Positions 20,712 to 30,095 of a stretch of 64,000 nt of DNA are shown one piece after another. Position numbers and translations under genes: made by a program. The first letter of the stretch is position 1. Each line of letters opens with the position of its first letter. The notes below the pieces were generated by a model that was not told where the DNA came from, did not search any database, and was given only the letters and a program-made list of their open reading frames with translations. This DNA comes from an uncultured Lentisphaerota bacterium (GTDB taxonomy: Bacteria; Verrucomicrobiota; Kiritimatiellia; RFP12; UBA1067), in the NCBI GenBank assembly GCA_900320225.1, contig ONRL01000005.1, positions 32,926 to 96,925 of the forward strand, written 5' to 3'.

Positions 20712-22061
20712 TCAGTGAGCATTTTCCGTTGGATAATTTCTCCAATGGGATATAGCCATTGCCATGGTACAGGCTAGCGCTTTTAAAATGGCAATTGCTG
20801 TCATCCACCAAAACATGGAATCCAGAGTATATATATTATGTGCGACAAGGAAATCGGACCATTCTTGGGGAATGAAGCCAGTTAAATAGCCATGGCCGGT
20901 AACGGCAAGTAATAGCACAGGATAGATGAGTTCTAGTGGTATCGCCCATGTGAGGAACCCAAAACGATTTGCCGCAATTTCCGCCGTCGTGTAAAAACCA
21001 TGAAGGGCCAAGAGACCGAGGATCATTGTTTGCCAGGGTATTGCCCACCAGTATGCTGCATATTGCGCTCCACTTGGAAGGACAGAGAGGATTGGCCTTG
21101 CGATGAAACAGAATCCTGCGGCGAGGATTGTGCAGAATGTAAGATTTACGGCAGTAGCTTTAAAGATCAACTTGATTTGTCTGCGTCCGTTATTCCATAG
21201 TTCTGCGGCAAATGGAAAAAATGTGAAAATCATAGCTCCGTAAAGGTATGTAGCGATTTCCGATAATCGCATTACCATGTAGTAGCCAGCAGAGTCTAAA
21301 TCCGGAAGGCGTTGCCGGATTACCGTCGACTCTACAAGGGCATAAAATCCCCCCGTAAAAGCCCATAGCAGGAACGTGGCAAAAAGCTTTGAAAACTTTC
21401 TTGCGGTCTCCTTGTCCCAGTACCGCTCTGCAGGGGTCGCAAGTTCCTTTCGGAGGGAGAATATCGCGGCAAAGATGTTGAATACAGGCACAGAAGCCTG
21501 TCCTACGAAATATCCCGTAAGTGCTCGAAAGGGCATCGCGACGAGCATCGTGACGAGGCGCACGGGCGCACCGATGATGCTGAGGAGCGACTGAGCCTTG
21601 AACTTCTTGAGTGCCTGTAGCGCGCTTGAGTATATTGGCGCGATGGCCGAAACAAAAGAGGCGGCAATGATGATGAGCCCGAGCGATCCCTCGACGATGC
21701 GGATGCGTTCGAGGAACGCAGGAAGGAGGAAATGTGCTGTGACAAGGGCGATGAAGAGAAAAACGGCTGTGGCAACGAAAACGCCTCGCATCAAAGACTT
21801 GAGCTTGCCGAACTCACGCCCGATTGAAAGCCGCGTGAGCTCGTTGCGGAACGTATTGGCGAACGCGGCCACGGGGAGGGCGAGGAAGTTCGCAAAGTTG
21901 GTGAGTGGCATGACGGCGCCGAGTTCGGATGGCCCTACATATTTCGGCACGAGCCACAGGCCGACGAAGGCGTTGAGCACGTCGGCGGCGCGGCACGCGC
22001 AGAAGAGCATCAGCGAGTACCACCAGAAATCCCCGAGCTTGGCATGGAGTTTTTTCAACAT
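20712..22061 (-). CDS. Polytopic membrane protein, probable Wzx-like flippase
   Basis: About 11-12 hydrophobic segments, located within a polysaccharide locus. Confidence 0.65.
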   Translation of the reverse strand: MLKKLHAKLGDFWWYSLMLFCACRAADVLNAFVGLWLVPKYVGPSELGAVMPLTNFANFLALPVAAFANTFRNELTRLSIGREFGKLKSLMRGVFVATAVFLFIALVTAHFLLPAFLERIRIVEGSLGLIIIAASFVSAIAPIYSSALQALKKFKAQSLLSIIGAPVRLVTMLVAMPFRALTGYFVGQASVPVFNIFAAIFSLRKELATPAERYWDKETARKFSKLFATFLLWAFTGGFYALVESTVIRQRLPDLDSAGYYMVMRLSEIATYLYGAMIFTFFPFAAELWNNGRRQIKLIFKATAVNLTFCTILAAGFCFIARPILSVLPSGAQYAAYWWAIPWQTMILGLLALHGFYTTAEIAANRFGFLTWAIPLELIYPVLLLAVTGHGYLTGFIPQEWSDFLVAHNIYTLDSMFWWMTAIAILKALACTMAMAISHWRNYPTENAH

Positions 22062-22100
22062 GCGGAAATTATATCATTTTCATGAAAGCACGGCTACGGG

Positions 22101-22499
22101 TTAGAAGGTTTTCGCCATGACGAGGGGCAACGAGAGGAGATGTCGGTCGGCGGTGATCAGCACGGCACCCGTTTCAAGTACTCCGGCGGCGATCCAGATG
22201 TCGTTGGAGGGGATGGGCGTGCCGACTGACTTCAGGAAAGAGAATACCCGCGCGTAGAATTCCCCTGTTTTGCGCGTGATGGGCAGGACGGAAACCTGTT
22301 CCATCTCCAGAAAGGAGGCAAAAGCCTGTCGCGTCACCCTCTCGCGCTTTGTGTCGCCTTGCGCGCCGGCGTCAATCTCTCCGCATACGACAGCCGGAAC
22401 GAGAACCTGTTGGACGTCCTTCAGCATCCGCGCGATAGCCTTGTTGCCATCGAGGAGCGAGATGATTGCGTTTGTGTCGAGTATCGCCGTGTCGTTCAC
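22101..22499 (-). CDS. vapC: VapC PIN-domain toxin
   Basis: ILDTNA, GE, PSNDIWIAA and ITADRH. GTG overlaps the antitoxin stop. Confidence 0.9.
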   Translation of the reverse strand: MNDTAILDTNAIISLLDGNKAIARMLKDVQQVLVPAVVCGEIDAGAQGDTKRERVTRQAFASFLEMEQVSVLPITRKTGEFYARVFSFLKSVGTPIPSNDIWIAAGVLETGAVLITADRHLLSLPLVMAKTF

Positions 22500-22750
22500 T
22501 TCCACATCTCCGGATCAATTCTTCGCTGGGACGCAACGGCTTTGCTCAATTCATCGCCCGCTCCTTTCGGCAGCACGCCGCAGAACTTCATGAACGGATT
22601 GTCGGCGTCGCCCGCGCGTTTCTTGACAATGCCGAGAATCGGGGCGAGCAGGTCCTTGACGGTCTGGTTGATGCTTTTCCCCGATTTGCGGGCATGCGTT
22701 CGCAGGGCTTCTGCGAAAACATCGTCGGCATGGATTGTCATCGTGGTCAC
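22496..22750 (-). CDS. Ribbon-helix-helix antitoxin (VapB-like)
   Basis: MTIH.DD..AEALR..A..SGKSINQTV...RIDPEMWK. Lies upstream of the PIN gene. Confidence 0.8.
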   Translation of the reverse strand: MTTMTIHADDVFAEALRTHARKSGKSINQTVKDLLAPILGIVKKRAGDADNPFMKFCGVLPKGAGDELSKAVASQRRIDPEMWK

Positions 22751-22770
22751 GATTCTTATTCTCCTTCAGG

Positions 22771-22807
22771 TGATTCACATTATGAATCAAACTGGCGTTA
22801 AAGTCAA
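22771..22807 (-). promoter_or_regulatory. vapBC promoter with palindromic operator
   Basis: TTGACT-17 bp-CATAAT on the minus strand. TGATTCA-N5-TGAATCA overlaps the -10. Confidence 0.7.
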
Positions 22808-22855
22808 GTGGGATTTTTCAGCGCCTTCATTTGCCAAGACACCTGAGGTATTCCG

Positions 22856-23275
22856 CTACCGTGAAAACGGGTTGAGGAGCTTGACGCCCATTCCATCCAT
22901 GTCGCGTATGTTGCGCGTGACAAGAATCAGGTTGTCGACTTTGGCTGTTGCGGCGATGAGTGCGTCGATCGCGGGGCGGGTGTTGCCGGATTTCGCGTTG
23001 GCGGCAAGAATCTCGCCCCAGCATTCGGCGACCGTTGCATTGACGGACAGAACGCGTGGGCTAAATGTCGCCTGAAGCTCGTTCAGCCATTCGGATAGCG
23101 CGCGAGCCTTTTTCGTGTCGCCGAGCATGCAGATTCCGTTCTTGATCTCGCCAATTGATATGGCAGAAAGGTAGAGTGTTTCCGGCGGCTGGCGCGAAAG
23201 CCATTCAATGACGGCCGCATCAGGCTTCTTGGCGCGTGTTTCGCTGATGACGCAGGTATCCAGGAGATACATCAC
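22856..23275 (-). CDS. vapC: VapC PIN-domain toxin
   Basis: YLLDTCVISE, SIGEI and IDALIAATA..LVTRNIRD. Confidence 0.92.
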   Translation of the reverse strand: MMYLLDTCVISETRAKKPDAAVIEWLSRQPPETLYLSAISIGEIKNGICMLGDTKKARALSEWLNELQATFSPRVLSVNATVAECWGEILAANAKSGNTRPAIDALIAATAKVDNLILVTRNIRDMDGMGVKLLNPFSR

Positions 23276-23526
23276 GCAAACACCACCTTCCTCGCGGGAG
23301 ACTTGTCACGTGGGGTCTGAAGTCCGCCTTCGATCTTGGGGCCGCCGAGCAGGACGTCAATCGGCGAACGTGACGGGGCAGAAAGTGCCCTGTATTCACT
23401 GTATGAAATCATGACAACGACCGGCTTCCCGCGCCGCGTCACGATCTGGGGCTCAATCTCGCACGCCCGATCAACGACAGCCGAGAATTTACTCTTCGCA
23501 TCCTGCAGTGCCCATATCGAACTCAT
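23272..23526 (-). CDS. Phd/YefM antitoxin
   Basis: WALQDAKSKFSAVV..PQIVTRRGKPVVV. Confidence 0.9.
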   Translation of the reverse strand: MSSIWALQDAKSKFSAVVDRACEIEPQIVTRRGKPVVVMISYSEYRALSAPSRSPIDVLLGGPKIEGGLQTPRDKSPARKVVFA

Positions 23527-23541
23527 ATTCTCATCTCCTTA

Positions 23542-23596
23542 CTGACTAGTCTGACTAGTTGGGTGTAGTATAACAGAGTCACCCTCGACTGGTCAA
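23542..23596 (-). promoter_or_regulatory. phd-vapC promoter and tandem operator
   Basis: TTGACC-18 bp-TATACT on the minus strand. CTGACTAGT occurs twice (ACTAGT palindromes) just downstream. Confidence 0.65.
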
Positions 23597-23662
23597 TGTC
23601 CAAATACAAAAGATGAGAAGTTTTTGGTACTTATGTCGGCGCAGTATGTTATACTACTAGCC

Positions 23663-24496
23663 GTGAAAACTTCAAAGCAAAAAGGTTCAAGCCAGAGGGC
23701 CATGCCTCCGGTGATGATTCTCTGTGGCGGCAAGGGCACGCGCCTGCGCGACGTGACGGAGCTGTTGCCGAAGCCGATGGTGCCGATCGGCGAGCAGCCG
23801 ATCCTGTGGCACATCATGAAGAGCTATGCGGCCTTTGGCTGCAAGCGCTTCATCCTCTGCCTCGGCTACAAGCGCGAGGTGTTCGTGGATTACTTCATGA
23901 ACTACCACCTCCGTACGAGCGACGCCACGATCACGCTCGGCCATTCGCCGAAGATCAAGTTCCACGAGAAGGTGCCGGAAGGGGATTGGGAGGTCACGCT
24001 TGCGGGCACGGGGCTTGAAACCGGCACGGGTGGCCGCGTGTTCCAGGCGGCACGGTATCTCAAGCCGACCGACCGAGAATTCTTCCTCACGTACGGCGAC
24101 GGCGTGGCGGATGTGGACATCGCCGCGCTCCTGAAAACGCACCGCGCCGCCGGGCGCGAAATCACGGTCACGGCCGTGCATCCCGCTGCGCGATTTGGCG
24201 AGATGGTGACGGAGGGTGATCGGATCGTTCGTTTTGAGGAAAAGCCCGCCGTCGCGCAGGGGTACATCAACGGCGGGTTCATGGTGGTGTCGCGGGGTTT
24301 CCTGAAGAAGTACCTCACCGACGATCCGCAGATGTTCTTCGAGCGCGATCCGATGCAGAAATCAGCCGAGGCCGGTGACATGACAATCTACCGCCACGAG
24401 GGCTTCTGGCAGTGCATGGACACAAGCCGCGAGTACCAGCTCCTCAACGAGTTGTGGGGGAAGGGGGCTGCGCCGTGGACAAGGTATTGGACCTGA
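23663..24496 (+). CDS. rfbF: Glucose-1-phosphate cytidylyltransferase (start GTG 23663 or ATG 23702)
   Basis: ILCGGKGTRL, PKPMV.IG, TGGR, LTYGDG, INGGF and GFWQCMDT. Confidence 0.93.
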   Translation: MKTSKQKGSSQRAMPPVMILCGGKGTRLRDVTELLPKPMVPIGEQPILWHIMKSYAAFGCKRFILCLGYKREVFVDYFMNYHLRTSDATITLGHSPKIKFHEKVPEGDWEVTLAGTGLETGTGGRVFQAARYLKPTDREFFLTYGDGVADVDIAALLKTHRAAGREITVTAVHPAARFGEMVTEGDRIVRFEEKPAVAQGYINGGFMVVSRGFLKKYLTDDPQMFFERDPMQKSAEAGDMTIYRHEGFWQCMDTSREYQLLNELWGKGAAPWTRYWT

Positions 24497-24497
24497 C

Positions 24498-25625
24498 ATG
24501 AAGCTGGAAGCCTATAAGAATAAGCGCGTCCTTGTGACGGGGCATACGGGCTTCAAGGGATCGTGGCTCTGCGAATGGCTCTTGGCACTCGGTGCGGAAG
24601 TGCATGGCTTCGCCCTTGAGCCGCCCACGAGGCCGAGCCTGTTCAAGCAGCTGAAGTTGGCAAGGCGGATAGCATCCCATACGATCGGCGATGTGCGCGA
24701 TTTGCCGGCGGTTGTGCGTACGATGCGCCGCGTGAAGCCGGATTTCATCTTTCATCTGGCCGCCCAGCCGCTCGTGAGGCTTTCGTATGAGAAGCCGGTT
24801 GATACCTTTGAAACGAATGTGATGGGCACCGTGAATGTGCTGGAGGCTGCAAGGCGGGTTTATGGCCTTGGCCGAACACAGTTCGGCCATCAGGACTGTG
24901 GATGCGGGCATAAGAGCAATGGGCATCGCCTCTCCATTATCTGCATCACCACCGATAAATGCTACGAGAATCGGGAAACATCGCACCCCTATCGGGAAAA
25001 TGAGCCAATGGGCGGCTACGATCCCTATAGCTGCTCGAAGGGGTGTGATGAACTGTTGATTTCATCCTATCGGCGATCCTTCTTCGGCACGTCCGATTCG
25101 CCCGTGTGGGTGGCATCGGCGCGGGCCGGCAATGTGATCGGCGGCGGCGACTGGGCGAAGGATCGGATTGTGCCCGATTGCATGAGGGCACTGGCGAAAG
25201 GGCAGCCGATACCGGTTAGGAACAAAGTGTCGACGCGTCCGTGGCAGCACGTGTTGGAGCCGTTGAGCGGTTATTTGACGCTCGGCGCGGCAGTGGCGGC
25301 GCGTGAGCGATTCGACGAAGTATGCGGCGGCTTCAACTTCGGCCCCGATCCAAAGGATAACAGAACGGTGAGGGAGCTGGTCGAGGAAATTCTCAAATGG
25401 CGCGCGGGTGCTTGGGTGGATAGGAGCGATCCTGCGGCCGTCCATGAGGCGGGGTTGCTGAACCTCGACATCCGCAAGGCACGGCGTATCCTTGGCTGGA
25501 AGCCCAGGTGGGGATTTGAAGAGACTGTGCGGCAGACCGCCGATTGGTATAGCTCTGTAGAAAACGGGGCCGATCCGATTGAGATAACGCAACGGCAGAT
25601 TGGGGAGTATACATTAAGGACCTGA
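24498..25625 (+). CDS. rfbG: CDP-glucose 4,6-dehydratase
   Basis: TGHTGFKGSW, HLAAQPLV, TTDKCY, DPYSCSK and RAGNVIGGGDW. Confidence 0.95.
   Translation: MKLEAYKNKRVLVTGHTGFKGSWLCEWLLALGAEVHGFALEPPTRPSLFKQLKLARRIASHTIGDVRDLPAVVRTMRRVKPDFIFHLAAQPLVRLSYEKPVDTFETNVMGTVNVLEAARRVYGLGRTQFGHQDCGCGHKSNGHRLSIICITTDKCYENRETSHPYRENEPMGGYDPYSCSKGCDELLISSYRRSFFGTSDSPVWVASARAGNVIGGGDWAKDRIVPDCMRALAKGQPIPVRNKVSTRPWQHVLEPLSGYLTLGAAVAARERFDEVCGGFNFGPDPKDNRTVRELVEEILKWRAGAWVDRSDPAAVHEAGLLNLDIRKARRILGWKPRWGFEETVRQTADWYSSVENGADPIEITQRQIGEYTLRT
24868..24892. repeat. RAYT-associated palindrome copy 1, in frame inside rfbG
   Basis: TTGGCCGAAC-ACA-GTTCGGCCATCA, read as LGRTQFGHQ. Confidence 0.9.
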
Positions 25626-25627
25626 CG

Positions 25628-26965
25628 ATGACATCTGAAGAGCTCAAGAAAGAGATTCTCGAAAAGACGGCGGAATACTACCGGCTCGTCCATCAGGCGA
25701 AGCAGAAGGAGCCTTTTGTTCCCGGCAAGTCGCGCGTGAACTATGCGGGCCGCGTGTTCGACGAACGCGAGATGCAGAACCTCGTCGACGCATCGCTGGA
25801 ATTCTGGCTCACGTACGGCCATTGGTCGCGTCAGTTTGAGAAGGGACTTGCCGAATACTTGGGCGTGCGTTTTGCTCTGCTCGTGAACTCCGGATCCTCT
25901 GCCAACCTCCTCGCGTTCATGACGTTGACCTCGCCGCTTCTCGGCGAGCGGCAGGTGAAACGCGGCGACGAGGTGATCACGGTCGCGGCTGGCTTCCCCA
26001 CCACGATTGCGCCGATCGTGCAATACGGCGCCGTGCCGGTGTTCGTGGATGTGGAGCTCGGCACGGTAAATATCGATGCGTCGCAGCTTGAAGGGGCCTG
26101 GTCGCCGAAGACGAAGGCCGTGATGCTTGCGCACACGCTCGGCAATCCGTTCAACATCAAGGCCGTGAAAGCCTTTTGCGAGAAGCGCAACCTCTGGCTG
26201 ATCGAGGATAATTGCGACGCGCTCGGCTCGAAGTACGACGGCAAGTTCACCGGCACGTGGGGCGATATCGGTACGTCGAGCTTCTATCCGCCGCACCACA
26301 TGACGATGGGCGAGGGCGGGGCGGTCTACACGGATAATCCGCTCCTCAAGAAGATCGCGCTCTCAATCCGCGACTGGGGGCGTGACTGCTGGTGTGAATC
26401 GGGTGTTGATAACACCTGCGGCTGCCGCTTCACGAAGCAGTTCGGCTCGCTTCCACTCGGCTACGATCACAAATATGTGTATTCGCACTTCGGCTACAAC
26501 CTCAAGGCGACCGATTTGCAAGCGGCGATCGGCTGCGCGCAGCTGGAGAAATTCCCGTCGTTCGTGGAGGCGCGGAAGCGGAATTTCGCGCGCCTCTACG
26601 AGGGATTGAAGGATTTGCCGCAGATCCGCCTCTTCGAGAAATACCCTGAAAGCGATCCCTCCTGGTTCGGCTTCTTGATGACGGTGAAGCCCGATGCCGG
26701 CTTCACGCGCAACGATCTCGCGAAGCACCTTGAGGCGGCGAACATCCAGACACGCAACCTCTTTGCAGGCAACATCATTCGTCATCCCTGCTTTGAGATG
26801 ATGCGCGCAAATGTAGATTACCGCATTGCCGGCGAGTTGACGAACACCGACACCATCATGAACTCCTCGCTCTGGATCGGTCTTTACCCTGGCATGGGCG
26901 AGTCGCGCCTTGACTACATGGTGGATACGATACGCAAGTTCTGTTTGTACGGTGGAGAATCTTAA
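25628..26965 (+). CDS. rfbH: CDP-4-keto-6-deoxyglucose 3-dehydrase (E1)
   Basis: NSGSSANL, EDNCDALG, SFYPPHHMTMGEGG (His in place of Lys), WGRDCWC..DNTC and YDHKY. Confidence 0.95.
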   Translation: MTSEELKKEILEKTAEYYRLVHQAKQKEPFVPGKSRVNYAGRVFDEREMQNLVDASLEFWLTYGHWSRQFEKGLAEYLGVRFALLVNSGSSANLLAFMTLTSPLLGERQVKRGDEVITVAAGFPTTIAPIVQYGAVPVFVDVELGTVNIDASQLEGAWSPKTKAVMLAHTLGNPFNIKAVKAFCEKRNLWLIEDNCDALGSKYDGKFTGTWGDIGTSSFYPPHHMTMGEGGAVYTDNPLLKKIALSIRDWGRDCWCESGVDNTCGCRFTKQFGSLPLGYDHKYVYSHFGYNLKATDLQAAIGCAQLEKFPSFVEARKRNFARLYEGLKDLPQIRLFEKYPESDPSWFGFLMTVKPDAGFTRNDLAKHLEAANIQTRNLFAGNIIRHPCFEMMRANVDYRIAGELTNTDTIMNSSLWIGLYPGMGESRLDYMVDTIRKFCLYGGES

Positions 26966-26988
26966 CACAGAGACACAGAGGCACTGAG
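26965..26988 (+). repeat. Three 8-bp tandem repeats filling the intergenic gap
   Basis: ACACAGAG-ACACAGAG-GCACTGAG. Confidence 0.7.
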
Positions 26989-26997
26989 AAGATCGAT

Positions 26998-28818
26998 ATG
27001 AGAGTCGCGGATTACATTTGGAAGTTTTTGGCGGAGAAGGGCATACGCCATGTGTTCCTCGTGACAGGGGGCGGCGCGATGCATCTCAACGATGCGCTTG
27101 GGCGCGAAACACGAATTAAATACGTGTGCAATCTTCATGAGCAGGCATGTGCCATGGCGGCGGAGGGATATGCTCGCCAATCGGGGATGCCGGGGGTAAT
27201 CAATGTCACGACGGGGCCGGGGGGCACGAATGCCCTTACCGGGGTGATGGGCGCATGGCTTGATTCGGTGCCGATGATTGTCATCTCTGGGCAGATCAAG
27301 CGCGCGACCATGATTACCTCGTGCCCACAGCTGAAACTTCGGCAGTTGGGGGATCAAGAGTATAACATCGTTGACGCGGCACGGCCGATGACGAAGATGG
27401 CCAAGACGGTGATGAGCGTGGAGGAAGTGCCAGAGGTGATGGCAGAGGCATGGGAGCTTTGCCAAAGCGGGCGGCCGGGGCCGGTGTGGATCGACGTGCC
27501 GCTCGATATACAGGCGGCGGAGAGTGATTGGCCGGATTGGTCGGATTGGCCGAACACAGTTCGGCCATCAAATCTGGAGGGGCCATCAAATCTGGATAAG
27601 TTTTTGCGACCTGCGCAAAGCGAGATTGATGAAATTGCCTCGCTGTTGAGAAAGGCGAAGCGGCCGGCGGTAATTGTGGGTTCCGGTGTGCGCAATGCAC
27701 GAGCCGAGCAATTGTTCCTTGAAGTGGCTGAATCGCTGAATGTTCCGGTGCTTACTTCGATCTCTGGGATTGATCTAATTCCTTCGGATCATCCGCTGTT
27801 CTTCGGGCGTCCAGGTATTTTGGGTGAGCGCCCTGCGAATTTCATCATGCAGAACAGCGATCTGTTCATCGTCATCGGCACGCGGATGGGCATTCGCATC
27901 TGCGGCTATGCCTCCGAAACGGTGGCACGCAATGCCGTGAAGGTGATGATCGATGTCGACGAAGCGGAATTGAACAAGCCAACGTTCCGCCCTGATGTGA
28001 AGATACATTCCGATGCCGGAGTTTTTCTGACGGCGCTTCATGCCGCATTGCCCTCATTGCCACCGCAGGAAGAGTGGTTGGCGTATTGTAGGCGCGTCAA
28101 GGCGAAGTTTCCCATGATCTTGCCAGAGTACCGCACACGAACGGACTATGTTTCCAGCTACGTGCTGCCGGAGGCGATCATGCGCCACGCGCCCGATCCG
28201 CTCACGGTTGTGACGGCAAACGGCGTGGCCTATACTTCGACATTCCAGGCGATTCCCATTCGCAAGGGCATGCGGATGTTCGCGAACGAGGCGTGTGCCT
28301 CGATGGGCTATGGTTTGCCGGCGGCGATCGGGGCGGCGTTTGCAGGCGGCATGGAACGAACTGTCGTATGCCTTGAGGGCGACGGATCGATTCAAATGAA
28401 TCTTCAGGAATTGCAGACGGTGCTGAACTACAAGCTCCCGATCAAGCTGTTTGTCTATAATAATGACGGATATCTTTCGATCAAGACGACACAACGAGCC
28501 TTCTTCGGCGGGAAGTTCATGGGCTCTGAGCCGGGATCGGGCGTGATTCTTCCGAGTTTTGAGAAACTTGCGGCGGCTTATGGATTCCCCTACTTTAAGC
28601 TTCGTAACAATCAGGAGTTGGATGCCGAGTTGCCTAAGATTTTTGCGGCAGAAGGTCCTGTGTTCGTGGAGGTCATGCTTGATCCATTCGAGGTGCTGGG
28701 GCCAAAGGCGGCATCGAAAAGATTGCCAGATGGCACGATGGTTTCGGAGCCGCTCGATAACATGGCGCCGTTCTTGCCGGAAGAGGAGCGAGTGGCCTGG
28801 TCTATCGGCCGAACATAG
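26998..28818 (+). CDS. ThDP-dependent acetolactate-synthase-like carboligase (YerE-like)
   Basis: HEQACAMAAEGY, TTGPG.TN, SMGYGLPAAIG and GDGSIQMN..NNDGY. Follows rfbH. Confidence 0.85.
   Translation: MRVADYIWKFLAEKGIRHVFLVTGGGAMHLNDALGRETRIKYVCNLHEQACAMAAEGYARQSGMPGVINVTTGPGGTNALTGVMGAWLDSVPMIVISGQIKRATMITSCPQLKLRQLGDQEYNIVDAARPMTKMAKTVMSVEEVPEVMAEAWELCQSGRPGPVWIDVPLDIQAAESDWPDWSDWPNTVRPSNLEGPSNLDKFLRPAQSEIDEIASLLRKAKRPAVIVGSGVRNARAEQLFLEVAESLNVPVLTSISGIDLIPSDHPLFFGRPGILGERPANFIMQNSDLFIVIGTRMGIRICGYASETVARNAVKVMIDVDEAELNKPTFRPDVKIHSDAGVFLTALHAALPSLPPQEEWLAYCRRVKAKFPMILPEYRTRTDYVSSYVLPEAIMRHAPDPLTVVTANGVAYTSTFQAIPIRKGMRMFANEACASMGYGLPAAIGAAFAGGMERTVVCLEGDGSIQMNLQELQTVLNYKLPIKLFVYNNDGYLSIKTTQRAFFGGKFMGSEPGSGVILPSFEKLAAAYGFPYFKLRNNQELDAELPKIFAAEGPVFVEVMLDPFEVLGPKAASKRLPDGTMVSEPLDNMAPFLPEEERVAWSIGRT
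27526..27596. repeat. RAYT-associated palindrome copy 2 with flanking 9-bp and 18-bp tandem expansions, in frame
   Basis: (GATTGGYCG)x3 merges into TTGGCCGAACACAGTTCGGCCATCAAATCTGGAG, then GGCCATCAAATCTGGA repeats. Confidence 0.9.
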
Positions 28819-28834
28819 TTCGGCCATCAAATCT
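28807..28834. repeat. RAYT-associated palindrome copy 3, containing the TAG stop of the ThDP gene
   Basis: GGCCGAAC-ATA-GTTCGGCCATCAAATCT. Confidence 0.9.
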
Positions 28835-29226
28835 CGCCAGGAGGGGATTTCGGGATCAGGAGAAGAATGAAAGCCACTTGCAATATAAAGCGCTATCGGC
28901 GGTTTGCGGGCTGGAATTATGCGAAGGGGGCTTCGCTCTTCATCACCATCGCCACGGAGCCGCGAAGGGCGCTTTTCGGCAAGGTGCGGGGAGATGCGGT
29001 GGCGCTTTCGCCGCTGGGGGAGAAGGTGAAGGAAGCGCTTGAGGCGATACCGCGCCTCAATCCCGGCATCCTGCTTTTCGGCCATGAAGTGATGCCGGAT
29101 CACGTGCATTTCAACTGCGCGCTGCTGCCGGGGCTTCGCGAGCCGCTGAAGGTGCTGGGAAATGCGATCAGGCGGTTTAAGAATTATACCACCAAGGTGG
29201 CCAAGATGGCTGGCTTGGCCAGATCT

Positions 29227-29328
29227 GCCGAACATCGTTCGGCCATCAAATCTGGAGAGGCCTTCAAATCAGGCAGCTCGGGATTTGGCAAAGCCTCTAG
29301 CTTTGATGGCCAAACTACGTTTGGCCAA
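29227..29328. repeat. Inverted palindrome doublet (REPIN-like) inside the RAYT catalytic domain
   Basis: GCCGAAC-ATC-GTTCGGCCATCAAA followed by TTTGATGGCCAAAC-TAC-GTTTGGCCAA. Confidence 0.85.
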
Positions 29329-29940
29329 AGTGGCCATCTCTGGCAGCAGGGCTACCACGATTACATCCTGCTTTCCCGCGAGATGATCGATGCGACCGAG
29401 CGCTACATCGCCTACAACCCGCTGAAGTGGGAGCTGATGTATGGCGTGAAGGGGGCGCTTCGCGTGGTCGAGCCGCTGTTTCTGCCGCGCTTCGATGCCG
29501 GCGATTATTGGAAGGGCGTGGGCAACATTGCGCTGCTCGATCAGGGCGAGAAGCTTCTTTCGCTGCGCATCTCGCGCCAAGTGCAGGGCGCGGCCATGGC
29601 CAAGATGCTTGCGCGGATTGAGAGCGCGGTGGATCAGGGCTATGTGATCATCAGCGGCTTTATTTCCAAGGGCGAGCAGGCGGTGCGCGATATGCTTTGC
29701 CGGAGGAGCGATGCGCGCTTCATCCGCATTCTGCCATCGTGCATTCCCAATCGGCGCTTCAGGCCGGAAAGCCGCTATGCGGGGCCATTCGCCGAGGGGC
29801 GCTACCTTGAAATCGCCCAAGGCAACGACGAGGTGGAATTCGGACGGCGCGCCTGCCTCGATATCAACGCCGAGATCATCGAGATCGCCACGGCCGGCGA
29901 TGGGCTGGCGATCTATTGGAAGGGGGATGGGCCGCATGTA

Positions 29941-30081
29941 TTGGCCGAACACAGTTCGGCCATCAATGCTCCTGTGGGGGTGAATGATCAGGCCAGCAAT
30001 GTGAGGGGCGGTCATGCATCGCACCAGTACTGCTTACCAGGCTTTGATCCTCGCAACGATGGCCAAACTGGGTTTGGCCAA
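29941..30081. repeat. Inverted palindrome doublet encoding the RAYT C-terminal tail
   Basis: TTGGCCGAAC-ACA-GTTCGGCCATCAA followed by GATGGCCAAAC-TGG-GTTTGGCCAA. Confidence 0.85.
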
Positions 30082-30095
30082 AAAAGGAGGGGCCA

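Noticed and set aside
16628-23600. Invertible (phase-variable) segments explaining strand switches in the glycan locus
   Set aside because: I saw no flanking inverted repeats or dedicated invertase, and each block has its own promoter.
24868-30081. Palindromic repeats as a CRISPR array
   Set aside because: Spacing is irregular and kb-scale, both orientations occur, the copies are intragenic, and there are no cas genes.
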